A program made the position numbers and the translations under genes. From Macrostomum lignano (Eukaryota), in NCBI GenBank assembly GCA_002269645.1, contig NIVC01003505.1, positions 1-64,000 on the forward strand: DNA of 64,000 nucleotides, written 5' to 3'. The notes under the pieces are model-generated. The model was not told where the DNA came from, did no database searches, and saw nothing but the letters and a program-made list of their open reading frames with translations. This document shows, in pieces, positions 50,598 through 62,480 of the stretch (position 1 is its first letter; each line of letters starts with the position of its first letter).

Positions 50598-50600
50598 CAT
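50598..50600 (-). CDS. axin: Predicted Axin start codon: exon 1 ends exactly with ATG
   Basis: Minus strand reads GTAGAAAATG|GTAAGT; phase 0 matches exon 2, which has no Met before its poly-Gln tract. Total CDS 2328 nt, 775 aa. Confidence 0.6.
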
Positions 50601-51081
50601 TTTCTACTCGAATTCAAGTAAATGCAGATGCAGACGCCAATCTAGAAATGGTTTGAAAGTCTGATCCTCTGGGATTCAAGCAACAACAGTATCTCTGGTG
50701 TTGGTCTGGACTCAGGACAGGAGTACAGGACTGCACTAAGCAGTCAATGCCGAAATTAGTGTCAGAATTTTTTTATCGAACTGCGTACGGTCGAAGAGAA
50801 GAATTGCTTTACAATTAATTGCTGGCGAGTTTTCTTCTCCTACAATAATACGACCATTCTCCAAACAAAACGGAAGCGCACCACTTGCCGGCAAAAAAAC
50901 AGAAAGTCGCGCTCGAATCGGTTTGGTTTTGGAGCGTTGAAAGTGGTGAAACAAAAAGGCAAATATATTTGGAGAAACAGAAAAAAGTCGCAGAAATAGT
51001 CTGCTTTTATAAAAATCGCAGGCCTATAGCAACTCTGATTTGCGGTTCGTATCGTTGTGGTAGCGACGCGAAGTTAAAAAA

Positions 51082-51318
51082 TTTATATATACGGCTTTTT
51101 AGCTCTTTAAGGTCGGGCCAACCCCCTTGGGCGGCCACCATTCCCCACTCTCTCTCCCCACCACCCTCCGCTTTGCGTGCAAGTGTGCCCGAGTATTGCG
51201 TGCGCCTGGAGGGAAATGGGGTGGTGGGTTTTGACGTGAGTGTGCGCTTGTCCCCCATGTTTGGGAGGGGTAGAGGGGTGGCTCATCACCGATTGGCTGG
51301 ATTGGCCAGTCCCATTGG
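51082..51318 (-). promoter_or_regulatory. Candidate Axin core promoter (three CCAAT boxes, TATATAAA)
   Basis: ATTGG at 51292, 51301 and 51314; TTTATATA at 51082-51089; GC-rich context upstream of the ATG exon. Confidence 0.4.
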
Positions 51319-52535
51319 CTAGGCCGAGATGTGTAATAAGCATTCACTTTAGCGAGTTATATACCCCGGTTTGAACGGGGGGCAGGCAGGCTTGAAAGAG
51401 AATAATTCTGACACAGCGAGTTGCTTGTGGCTGGCGCAGGGGGCGGTCCCGATCCAAGATCACAAGTCACCCCCCCGGAACGGCCGGGCCTTTTCTGGAG
51501 TTGAGGTTGCGTGCTGGGAGGGGTGAAGCAAAAGCTCTTTGATCTTAGCCGCCGCCGCCGCCACCGCCGCCGCTGGCCTTCCTTGCCTTTACCCACTCAC
51601 TGCGGGCTGTGGCTGGCTGCCCCCCCCCCACTCCATATAGTAAAGCCGCGCCGCCTGTTTCTTACACAGGGCAGCGCGCCCACTCACATATAAGGCTCTC
51701 TGTCTCTCTCTCTATTTCCAAAGTGTAAAGCGAGAAGCCAGTTTAACTTAGGGTCGCGGCCGCAAGAAGAAGGGAGAAATAATAAATGAGCGATAGTTTA
51801 AGGACGAAATTAGACTGAACACACACAGCGGCGGCGTCAGTAACGATAACGAAGAACGCACAATACAGTCACTGCACACAAACTCGATTTATGTTGCTTG
51901 GATAGCATGCGAAGCCTATACAGCACTATTTCTTTGGCATGTAAATACAAAGTTCCCAGATGAATGCTTACTTTTTGGACTCTTAATCGATAAAAAGTGA
52001 CAAGACTCGCAGCGCGAATAAGTGCTCCACAAGAAAGCTTTAAGCACCTGGCCCTCGATTTGAGACTAATATTTACTAACTTCAGCAATAGGATCTAGAA
52101 ATGTAGCAAATCTATCAGATGAGAATACCTATGTATATTTGTAAGTGTGAGGCATGAGCGGCATCAAAAGGTGTCTGCGCCATTTGAGTCACATTTAGTC
52201 AAGCAAAATCGCGCGTGTCTGCCCGATTTCCTGCTGCTGCTGCTAGCTTGAGGTTTCTTTCGCGAGCTAGCTTAAAAGTAGTAAAAGGTCATGCAGTTCT
52301 GCAGTTCATGCACATCAGCAAGGCAATGAGTTTGCTTTGCTTTTAGCCGCGTATTGACGGTATGAGCTGAGCCGAGAACTGATTCAATAATTCGAAACAG
52401 TGATTTAATGGAGATTTACAGAGAAATGTTTTCGGATTGCGTCACGTACATTTACGTGCAAATAGGGCATATATTGAATATACGAGCGTATTTTTGTATT
52501 TATCAATATTGCTTGCTATATATTTTTACCTTATA

Positions 52536-52558
52536 TCTCTACCTATAAAAATCAAAAC

Positions 52559-52591
<33 letters not shown>

Positions 52592-54588
52592 GGACAAATT
52601 ACTTCGCTATGGACTCCCAAACCGCTCAACCAAATGACACCAAACTTTACACCCACCCTAAACTTACTACGGAGAATGTCTTAGGCTACCTTTAAATTTC
52701 CTAGACTCAAGTCTTCCTACCTAAAAGTACAAAAAACTGCTCAAAATGCGCGATTTTTTCACTTAATCCTCCATAGCGCCGCTCCACTTCTACCGATTCT
52801 CTTCAAATTTGACACAGATAATCTTTAACTATTTTGGCACAATCATGTAAAATTTTGAGTCTCAAAGTTAATCCTGAGCGGTGCTGTGCACTTTTAAAGT
52901 TAGGCTGTTTTTTTCAGCGTAGCAACCACCCCAACCTCCGCCCGCCTGCCTCTCTTTCCCGATCCCGATCTGGGCCCAGATGTGTAAAATGGGTTTCAAA
53001 ATTGACTAACTTTCAGCTGCCATAAGTTTGCTCCACGTGAAGCGATTGACTTTAAGCTTCACACAATTCTTCATTGACTCATTCTCTGTCTAAATGTAGA
53101 GTTACAACTCTCTAACTCTTTCAGAAAAGAAACTGTAAGCGTGTGAAGTTTGTCTGCTTTTTCTGTTGTTTGTGCCACTCACTCACTCATTCCCCCAGAG
53201 CCAGACGAAGGATCAGGCGATAGGACTGAATGTACATAGCAAATGTACAGTGTTTTGGAATAACTTTTTTATAGCCTTCTCGCACCCCGAGAGTGGAGAG
53301 GCTAGGTTTAGCCATAACAGTTTAATTAGTGAGAAATTCTAATCACTGCCCTCCCTCCTCTGTATTGGCAAACTCTGCAGCAGTTTAACAGTGGATGGCA
53401 ATTGGCAGATCGAGGGAATCCAGCAAAAAAGCGAAAGCGAAAAGCGGTTTGTAAAAGCGAAAGATTTATGAAAAGGCGATGCGATGCAATGCAATACAAC
53501 CCTACTAAATTAGGCACACCCATGGAAATTTTAGGTTTCTTTTAAAGGTAGTGTGTAAATTTTAAATGGCCTCCTAAGAAATGCGTATTTCCTTGGTTGT
53601 TAGACTGATGCAGACTGCAGTGGAGCTGAAAATACAAAAATTCCTTTCAGGGCTGCAAATTGGCAAGAAAGATGACGTGATCAAAGCATGAGAACAACGA
53701 TGAGAGTAGTACGTCCCACAAACTGGCTTTCGAAGCAGGGATCGGCAGACTTTTACTTCAAAAGCCAGAAAAAGAATCCAGCTTATGTGCGGGCCAGATG
53801 AGAGTGGAAAGGAGAAGGAATAGACTATTTAGAAGAGAGGAGAGGCGAGAGGGGATAAAGAAAACATGGAAGATAAGAGGGGAGACAAGTGGTGAGGAGA
53901 GAGCAGAGAAGAAGGGAGGAAGAAGCGAGAGGAGGGGAGAAAGGAGGGAGAGGAAAGAGTAAATGTGAGAAGAGAGGAGAGATGAGACAGAGGATCGATG
54001 AGAGGAGAATAGAGAAGAGTGAGAAGAGAGTAGAGATGAGTAAATGTGAGAAGAGGGTAGAGATGAGACAGAGGATCGATGAGAGGAGAATAGAGAAGAG
54101 TGAGAAGAGAGAAGATATGAGAGAGCAGAAAGAAGATGACAGAGGGTCAAGAGGAGAGGAGAGATTAGAGAGGAGAGAGTAGAAAGGATAGAGAAGAAAT
54201 GAGATAAGAGGGGGAGAGAGGAGTGAGAAGAGAAGAGATAGAGATAAGAGAGGGGTGTAAGAAGAGGGGAGAAAGGAGAGATGAGATTGTAGAGATGAGA
54301 CAGATTAAAGGAGAGATGAGAGAGTAAAGATGAGAGATGAAAAAGGTGAGAGGAGAGTGCAGAGAGACGAGAGCAGACAAGAGAGGGAGACAGTATAGAA
54401 GAGGGAAGAGAAGAGAAGAGGAGAGGAGAAAGGAGAAAGGAAAGAGAGGAGTCAGAAGAGGTGAAAGAGAAGAGTACAGAGGAGATAAGTGAGAGAACGT
54501 ATAAGAGAGTAAAGATGACAGATGAGAGAGAAGAGATGAGGGTGAACAGACGAGAGACGGGAGAGGAGAGATAAGAGAGAGAGAGAGG

Positions 54589-54631
<43 letters not shown>

Positions 54632-55551
54632 GAGCAGAGAGAAACGAGAAGAGATAAGAGAGAAAAGATAAAAGAAGAGAAAGGAGAGATGAAAGAGCAG
54701 ACGAGAGAGAAGAGAGGTGAGGGAAAAGACGAGCGACGAGGGAGAGAGAAGAGATAAAACAAGAAAAGAGATAAAAGGAAAGAGAGAGAGGAAAGAGGTG
54801 AGGGAAGAGACGAGAGAAGAGGGGAGAGATGAGAGAGAGAGGAAAGAGGAGAGAGGAGAGATGAGAGAGTAAAGGAGAGAGTTAAGAGATGAGAAAAAAG
54901 AATAGAGAGGAGAAGGAAGAGACGAGAGAAGAGGGGAGAGAGGAGAGAGGAGAGGAGAGAGAAAAGAAGAGGGAAGAGATAAGATAAGAGATATGAAAGA
55001 GAAGAAAGATGAGGGAGGATACGAAAGAAGATGGGAGAGAGGAGAGAGGAGAGGAGAGGAGAGAGAAAACGAAAGAGTTGAGAGGAGAGAGGAGAGCAGA
55101 GAGAAAACGAAAAGTAGAAAGGAGAGAGGAGAGGAGAGAGAAAAGAATAGGGAAGAGATGAGGGAAGATACGAGAGAAGAGAGGAGAGAAGAGAGAGGAA
55201 AGAGTAGAGACGAGGGATGAGAGAGAAGAAAGGAAACAGAAGAGACGATAGAAATTTTAAAGGATCCAAGGGACATAGGGAGAGTCAGGGAGAGGCCAGA
55301 GTTTGCCAATACATGTTTTAGAGTCAGACAGACATTGCCTGACATTCTGCGGAGTACCCCCAGCCAACAATATCAATGTTTGCCTCAAACCCTAATTTTA
55401 CACGAATGTGCTCCATTTTATGTCCACCTCTATCTTACTAACTATTAACAAGTTTTTGTTTGTGTATTGCCTTAGATTTCAGAATACATGCAAAAGTAGT
55501 TCCAGGGATTGGAATTCCCCGGGTTCAAAATCCGCGGGTTTCAACAGCTTG
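52536..55551 (+). mobile_element. Non-autonomous canonical-type Helitron, copy A (3016 bp)
   Basis: A|TC 5' end followed by (TGTC)n; internal ~1.5-kb GA-rich array; 3' GC hairpin (55518-55538) then CTTG|T; no TSD. Confidence 0.8.
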
Positions 55552-56133
55552 TAAAGCATAAAATTACATTGAAAGCTGTATACACCGAAAATTAAGAGCG
55601 ATAAATGTTTAATTGTTGTGTGTGTTAACGTGCCTACAAAAATATTTTGCTTAACTAAGATGCCGTGTATGCACTACTTGTAGCAAGGTTAGTAGTAAAA
55701 CTAGGGTATAGGATCTAGCTCTCTAGCTACGATCTTCAAAAGTGAAAAAGGATAAAATCCATCGTTAATTTTTTTACGCGAACTATCGTAGCTTTATAAC
55801 TCGTAACTCCTAGAATGAAGACACGTCCCGAGTAGAAATATATCCATCCTAAAAATTAAAAAAAAAGCTCAAGTGCTTGTAAAAGAACTTCTTATAGCTT
55901 GCACTAGCATGCTGTTAAATTTATTTGACTTTTGTTTTTTGAAATTCAAGCACGAAACGAGAAAATACTAAAAAACAACAATTAAATTACACGAAACTTT
56001 CTTTTGGGCAACATAAAATGACCACAGTTATGCATCGAGTATCAGATTCGGAAGCGGAATAAAAACTACCAAGAGTATCGGGGCACGCGGCCGGAATTAT
56101 ATTTTTCGAGTACAAATGTGTAGCTCAAGGAAT

Positions 56134-56320
56134 CAGTAGCGCAACCAGAAATTTTTTGAGGGGGGGGGGCGGATTCTGGAGGGTAAAGTCCCGGGAGGGG
56201 GGCGGAGGGGTGGTTCTGTTTTTGGCGAAAATTTCGCTTGGTCCCCCCTTTGATTTTTTTTGGGTCTCCGCCTAAGGGGGGGGGGCGACCGCCTCCCCGC
56301 CCCCCCTGGTTGCGCCACTG
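56134..56320. mobile_element. hAT-type MITE, 187 bp
   Basis: 15-bp TIR CAGT(A/G)GCGCAACCAG; 8-bp TSD CAAGGAAT at 56126-56133 and 56321-56328. Confidence 0.92.
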
Positions 56321-58167
56321 CAAGGAATGTTTCTAAAATGCAAATGAACACCGAAAAGCGGGTAAAATGTCGATGTTATAGCTTACCAATAACTCACATA
56401 TAGACCAATAGATCTAATCATTCACCACTCATAACTGTCGGATTTGTCACGATTTGAGAAACTTTTTGCGAATACCTTTTTATTAAAGTTTAAACAAAAG
56501 TTTGAAAGTTGCTTATAGAGAAAAGCCCAGACAAGCACTAATTTTATATTTAATAATCAGACTATTTTCCTTGTTTGGACTTCATACTTGTCTGTGGTTT
56601 TTTCGGTTTAAAAAAGGTTGCTTTCGAACTGAGAATTCCAGGAAATGGGGATAAATACAAGTCAACTACACTACAGCTTAATTGTGATTGGCATTGAAAT
56701 TTAAGTGTGTAGGTACTTGGTTGTAGGTGAAATTATATAGGATTTCCTAATTTTTTATACCAATATAATATTAAAAAGGAAAATGTCAAAAATGAATTTA
56801 CTTTTATAATTATAAATAGGTCTTATCCCTTATGTCTACTTTTTATTCTTCTAAGAACAAAAGAGTTTTATTGTTTTTGAATTTTAAACTATTTAATTTT
56901 TCTCAAAATTTTAGCTATTTTTTTATTTCTATAGGCCTAGCCTAAGTTGCATAGGCCTATTATTTTTTTTCAAAGTACTATTTTTAATAACAGTTTAAGT
57001 TTACTTTGACAAAAATAAAATTTAGCTGGGTACTAACTACTAATCATTTCCATGACAAGTCATTTTGGTAACAGACATTTTGATGACAAATATTTGTTTT
57101 GTTAACAAGTAGCTTTTGTTATAGAAACACTATTTTTTTATAAAAAAATTTAATATTTTATGGGTATAGTCATTTTAATAAAAGATATTTCATAATAATA
57201 ATATGAGCTTGTAGTTACTTTATTAAGATTTTTGTTTTGGTCATATTGAAAATTTCCATTGAAAGATTAATAACTAGGCCTATAAGAAAAAAATCAATCT
57301 AATTATAAAGTTTTCTTTTTGTGCAGATCATTTTGAATTATCCTAGAATATTCAGATATTCTATAGAGAATCTTCAACCTAATAATAATAAACCAAAAAC
57401 CTATAGAGAATCTTCATGAAATGTCAATTACAAAAAAAGCATAGAATTCACTAGGCCTAGACAATTAGAATTGGATTAGAAAACATAAATTTAAAATATT
57501 GCTATTCTGGGATTACAAAAAAACAAAGACTGCTAATAAAAGCAATACTTAACTGTTGCAAAACATTATAAAAAAGTTAAGATCAATATTCCTTAAGATT
57601 TGCAAGAAAATTTTCTGTTTAAAAATAAAATGCCTATTATCAAAGGCCAAGGGTATTTTTCTTGTCATCAAAATGACTTTTGCTTATCACTAAAACAATT
57701 ATTACTGAAATATCATGTATCATTAAAATGACTATAATCCAATTTAGCTTACCATCTTACAAATTACACTATATCTTTACCCTCTGGAAAAAATGTCACT
57801 AGTGCGCCAGTAAATTGCCAGCAACTTTTGATTGCATTTTTTGCCAGTGATTTGCCAGCAACATGCCATAAGTAGAATTTTGCCAGCCATTTGCCACATT
57901 TTGCTATATGTCTTGAAATGAATTTTACTATTTTATAATTAATGCAGATTAAAAAAACCATGTTACAGGTCTTAAAGCTATAAAGCATCCTATTATGATC
58001 ACTTAAAGGCATATTTCATTTTATAAATCCCCGATAATGCAAAACTTACAAATACAAAGTATAAGCCAAAAAATCTTGCAAAACATATCATTTATTGCTA
58101 GCAACATTAACCATCCATTTAAAACTTATTTTGCATGACAAATCTATAGTTTTCGATTTATCAGATA

Positions 58168-59044
58168 CAAGCTGTTGAAACCCGCGGATTTTGAACCCGG
58201 GGAATTCCAATACCCGGAACTACTTTTACACGTATTCTGAAATCTAAGGCCATACACAAACAAAAACTTGTTAATAGTTAGTAGGATAGAGGTAGACATA
58301 AAATGGAGCACATTCGTGTAAAATTAGGGTTTGAGACATTGTTGGCTGGGGTACTGCGCAGAATGTCAGGCAATGTCTGTCTGACTCTAAAACATATATA
58401 GCTAAACTCTGGTCTCTCCCTGACTCTCCCTACGTCCCTTGGATCCTTTAAAATTTCTATCGTCTCTTTGTTTCCTCTCATCTCTCTCGTCCCTCGTCTC
58501 TCCTCTCTCCTCTCTCCCCTCTTCTCTCGTATCTTTCCTCATCTCTCTTCTCTTTCATCTCTCTTATCTCATCTCTTGTCTCTTCTTTTCTCTCTCCTCT
58601 CCTCTCTCCTCTCACCCCCTCTTCTCTCTTATCTTCCTTCTCCTTTCTATTCTTTTCTCTCTTCTCTTAACTCTCTCCTCTACTCTCTCATCTCTCCCCT
58701 CTTCTCTCGTCTCTTCCCTCACCTCTTTTCTCTCGTCTTTGCTCTCTCATCTTTCCTTTCTCTTCTTTTATCTTTTCTCTCTTCTCTTAACTCTCTCCTC
58801 TACTCTCTCATCTCTCCTCTCTACTCTTTCCTCTCTCTCTCCTCTCTCCCCTCTTCTCTCGTCTCTTCCCTCACCTCTTTCCTCTCTCTCTTTCCTCTCA
58901 TCTCTTTTCTTGTTTTATCTCTTCTCTCTTCCCTCGTCGCTCGTCTCTTCCCTCACCTCTCTTCTCTCTCGTCCGCTCTTTCATCTCTCCTTTCTCTTTT
59001 TTTCATCTTTTCTCTCTTATCTCTTCTCGTTTCTCTCTGCTCTG

Positions 59045-59091
<47 letters not shown>

Positions 59092-61191
59092 CCTCTCCCA
59101 TCTCTCTTCTCCTCTCTACTCTCTCCCCTCGTCATTCTCCTACTTCCTCTTCTCTCTCCCTGTCTCTCCTCTCTCCTCTAGTCTCTGTAATCTCTTCTCT
59201 CTTATCTCTCCTCTGTTCTCTCTACTCTCCCATCTCTCGTCTGTTCATCTGCTCTCTCCTCTGTCATCTTTACTCTCTTATACGTTCTCTCACTTATCTC
59301 CTCTGTACTCTTCTCTTTCACCTCTTCTGACTCCTCTCTTTCCTTACTCCTTTCTTCTTTTCTCTTCCCTCTTCTATACTCTCTCTCCTCTATTATCTTC
59401 TCTCGTCTCTCTGCACTCTCCTCTCACCTTTTTCATCTCTCATCTCTTCTCTTATCTGTCTCATCTCTACAATCTCATATCTTTTCTCTCTCCTCCTCTT
59501 CCCTTTACTCTCTCATCTCTCCTTTCTCATCTCTCCTTTCTTCCCTCTTCTTTCACCACTCTCTTATCTCTATCTCTTCTCTTCTCACTCCTCTCTCCCC
59601 CTCTTATCTCCTCTCTTCTCTATCCTTTCTACTCTCTCCTCTCTAATCTCTCCTCTCCTCTTGACCCTCTGTCATCTTCTTTCTGCTCTCTCATCTCTAC
59701 TCTCTTCTCAATCTTCTCTACTCTCCTCTCTCATCGATTCTCTGTCTCATCTCTCCCCTCTTCTCACCTTTACTCTTTCCTCTCCTTCCTTTCTCCCCTC
59801 CTCTCGCTTCTTCCTCCTTTCTTCTCTGCTCTCTCCTCACCACTTGTCTCTCCTCTTATATTCCATGTTTTCTCATATCCCCGTCTCGTCTCTCGATCCT
59901 CTCTTCTAATAGTCTATTCCTTCTCCTTTCCACTCTCATCTGGCCCGCACATAATCTGGATTCTTTATCTGGCTTTTGAAGTAAAAGTCTGCCGATCCCT
60001 GCTTCGAAAGCCAGTTTGTGGGACGTACTACTCTCATCGTTGTTCTCATGCTTTGATCACGTCATCTTTCTTGCCAATTTGCAGCCCTGAAAGGAATTTT
60101 TATATTTTCAGCTCCACTGCAGTCTGCATCAGTCTAACAACCAAGGAAATACGCATTTCTTAGGAGGCCATTTAAAATTTACACACTACCTTTAAAAGAA
60201 ACCTAAAATTTCCATGGGTGTGCCTAATTTAGTAGGGTTGTATTGCATTGTGCATTGCATCGCATCGCCTTTTCATAAATCTTTCGCTTTTACAAACCGC
60301 TTTTCGCTTTCGCTTTTTTGCTGGATTCCCTCGATTTGCCAATTGCCATCCACTGTTAAACTGCTGCAGAGTTTGCCAATACAGAGGAGGGGAGGGCAGT
60401 GGTTAGAATTTCTCACTAAACTGTTATGGCTAAACGTAGCCTCTCCACTCTCGGGTGCAGAGAAGGCTATAAAAAGGTTATTCCAAAACACTGTACATTT
60501 GCTATGTACATTCAGTCCTATCGCCTGATCCTTCGTCTGGCTCTGGGGGAATGAGTGAGTGAGTGGCACAAACAACAGAAAAAGCAGACAAACTTCACAT
60601 GTTTACAGTTTCTGTTCTGATTGAGTTAGAGAGTTGAAACTTTACATTTAGACAGAGAATAAGTCAATAAAGAATTGTATCAAGTTTGAAGTCAATCGCT
60701 TTACTTGGAGCAAACTTATGGCAGCTGAAAGTTAGTCAATTTTGAAACCCTTTTACCCATTTGGGCCCAGATCGGTATCGGAAAGAGAGGCAGGCGGACG
60801 GAGGTTGGGGTGGCTGCCTCGCTGAAAAAAACAGCCTAACTTTAAAAGTGCACAGCGGCTTTCAGGATTAACTTTGAGATTTGAAATTTTACACGATTGT
60901 GTCAAAATAGTTGAAAATTGCCTTTGTCAAATTTGAAGAGAATCGGTAGAAGTGGAGCGGCGCTATGGAGGATTAAGTGAAAAAATCGCGCATTTTGAGC
61001 AGTTTTTTGTACTTTTAGGTAGGAAGACTTGAGTCTAGGAAATTAAAAGGTAGCCTAAGACATTCTCCGTAGTAAGTTTAGGGTGGGTGTAAAGTTTGGT
61101 GTAATTTGGTTGAGCGGTTTGGGAGTCCATAGCGATCAAAATTGTCCACACACACACACACACACAGAGTTTTGATTTTTATATGTAGAGA
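58168..61191 (-). mobile_element. Non-autonomous Helitron, copy B (3024 bp), inverted relative to copy A
   Basis: Reverse complement of 52536-55551 along its length; same A|TC start and CTTG|T end. Confidence 0.85.
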
Positions 61192-61662
61192 TGAAAAGCA
61201 AATATGATTAGATAAGATACTCAAAACTAGATATAGCAACTTCTTGTAATTTTTATAATTAGCTAGTATACAATTTTTTAGCATAAAAATTTTTTTACAA
61301 AGGATTATAATAAGGTTAATACACGCCATATAAAATTAAGCAATTGGCTAGTTGCTAATAACAGGAATGCCAAGATATTCTCCTTTTCAAGGAATGCATA
61401 TGCAAGGCTGTAGTGGCCTTCTAGAAACAATGGTTTTCAACATCTGGTAAAATCCTATTGCTAGGGATTTCAACTCAAATGGAAGAGTATACAGATTTCA
61501 AGTGAAAGAAAGAACATGCCCTTTAACAATGCTATTGTTGTAGTGAATCAGTTTAACAACAAAGCCATTAGTCAATAAAATATAGTTGTTGGGTGACTGG
61601 CAGGAAATAGTAACATTTGATGCAGTGAAGTTGCTACTTAAAGTACTTCACTTATTTTGCAA

Positions 61663-62480
61663 CTAGTTTATTGCTCGCTTAAACGCATGATGCCTGCCAG
61701 CTATTTGTCTTTGAAGAACCCCTAGAAAATTCTCAAATAGAAACAATGAAAACATATCCAAGCACCCAAGCTGTTTAACATACTCTGACAAATGCAAAAG
61801 ACAGTGAACATTATAAGAAACTGTATGTATACCATAGAGCAAAGGAATGTCATGCAAAAAAATTCTAAGACATGCTTTAGCAGCTTCACAATGCATCAAC
61901 AGATTCTTAGAGCACATACAATAAATTGCAAAATGAAAGTGCAAAAATGGATAAAATATTTATTGGGAAGGACGCAATTAAAAATCCAAGGCCCAGCACA
62001 CAAAAGCAAGGTGCAAAATTCAAGAGCCTTAAAGTTTTGCATTTCAGAAAATGAGCACAATTTTCTGAAAAATATTGAAGGCAAACAGTTAGAAAACTCA
62101 ACCACCAATGGTCTGCACCCTGCGGTCCAACAAAGGAGATCCAGTTTAGAATATATTCACCTTTCTGCTTGCAATAGCCACATCCATAGTAACCAATATA
62201 AGATTTGATGCACTGTAAAAAGGCCTGAGCAGAAGCATCACAAAAAACAGTTTTGTCTAAATGAAACCTGCAGTTCTGCAGAATGAAGAACTCTTCTTTG
62301 AAGGTCCAAAATCATATCCAATACAGGTGACGTCAGTTTTTTAAGATCTGGTTTCCAACTCCTATGTATAAGAAAAATCCTAAGGGGTAAGGTCCCTTAC
62401 AATTGACAAGCACAAGAATAGGCCATAGACCAAAACTTGAGCCAGAGAAAAGTGGCAGGCCCATCCACATTGATCAAAAG
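61663..62480 (-). pseudogene. EnSpm/Mirage-type DDE transposase remnant
   Basis: Frameshifted NVDG/LPLFSGSSFGLWPIL (~62470), FCDASAQAFLQCIKSYIGYYGC (~62240), YGIHTVSYNVHCLLHL...FLFENFLG (ORF 61663-61944). Confidence 0.85.

Noticed and set aside
24045-50600. Tob and Axin as a functional anti-Wnt gene cluster
   Set aside because: Both have been linked to beta-catenin antagonism, but adjacency of two genes 10 kb apart is not evidence without conserved synteny.
53758-60163. Long Leu/Ser-rich ORFs (503, 297, 574, 237 aa) resembling membrane proteins
   Set aside because: Translations of GA/TC low-complexity arrays inside the Helitron copies.
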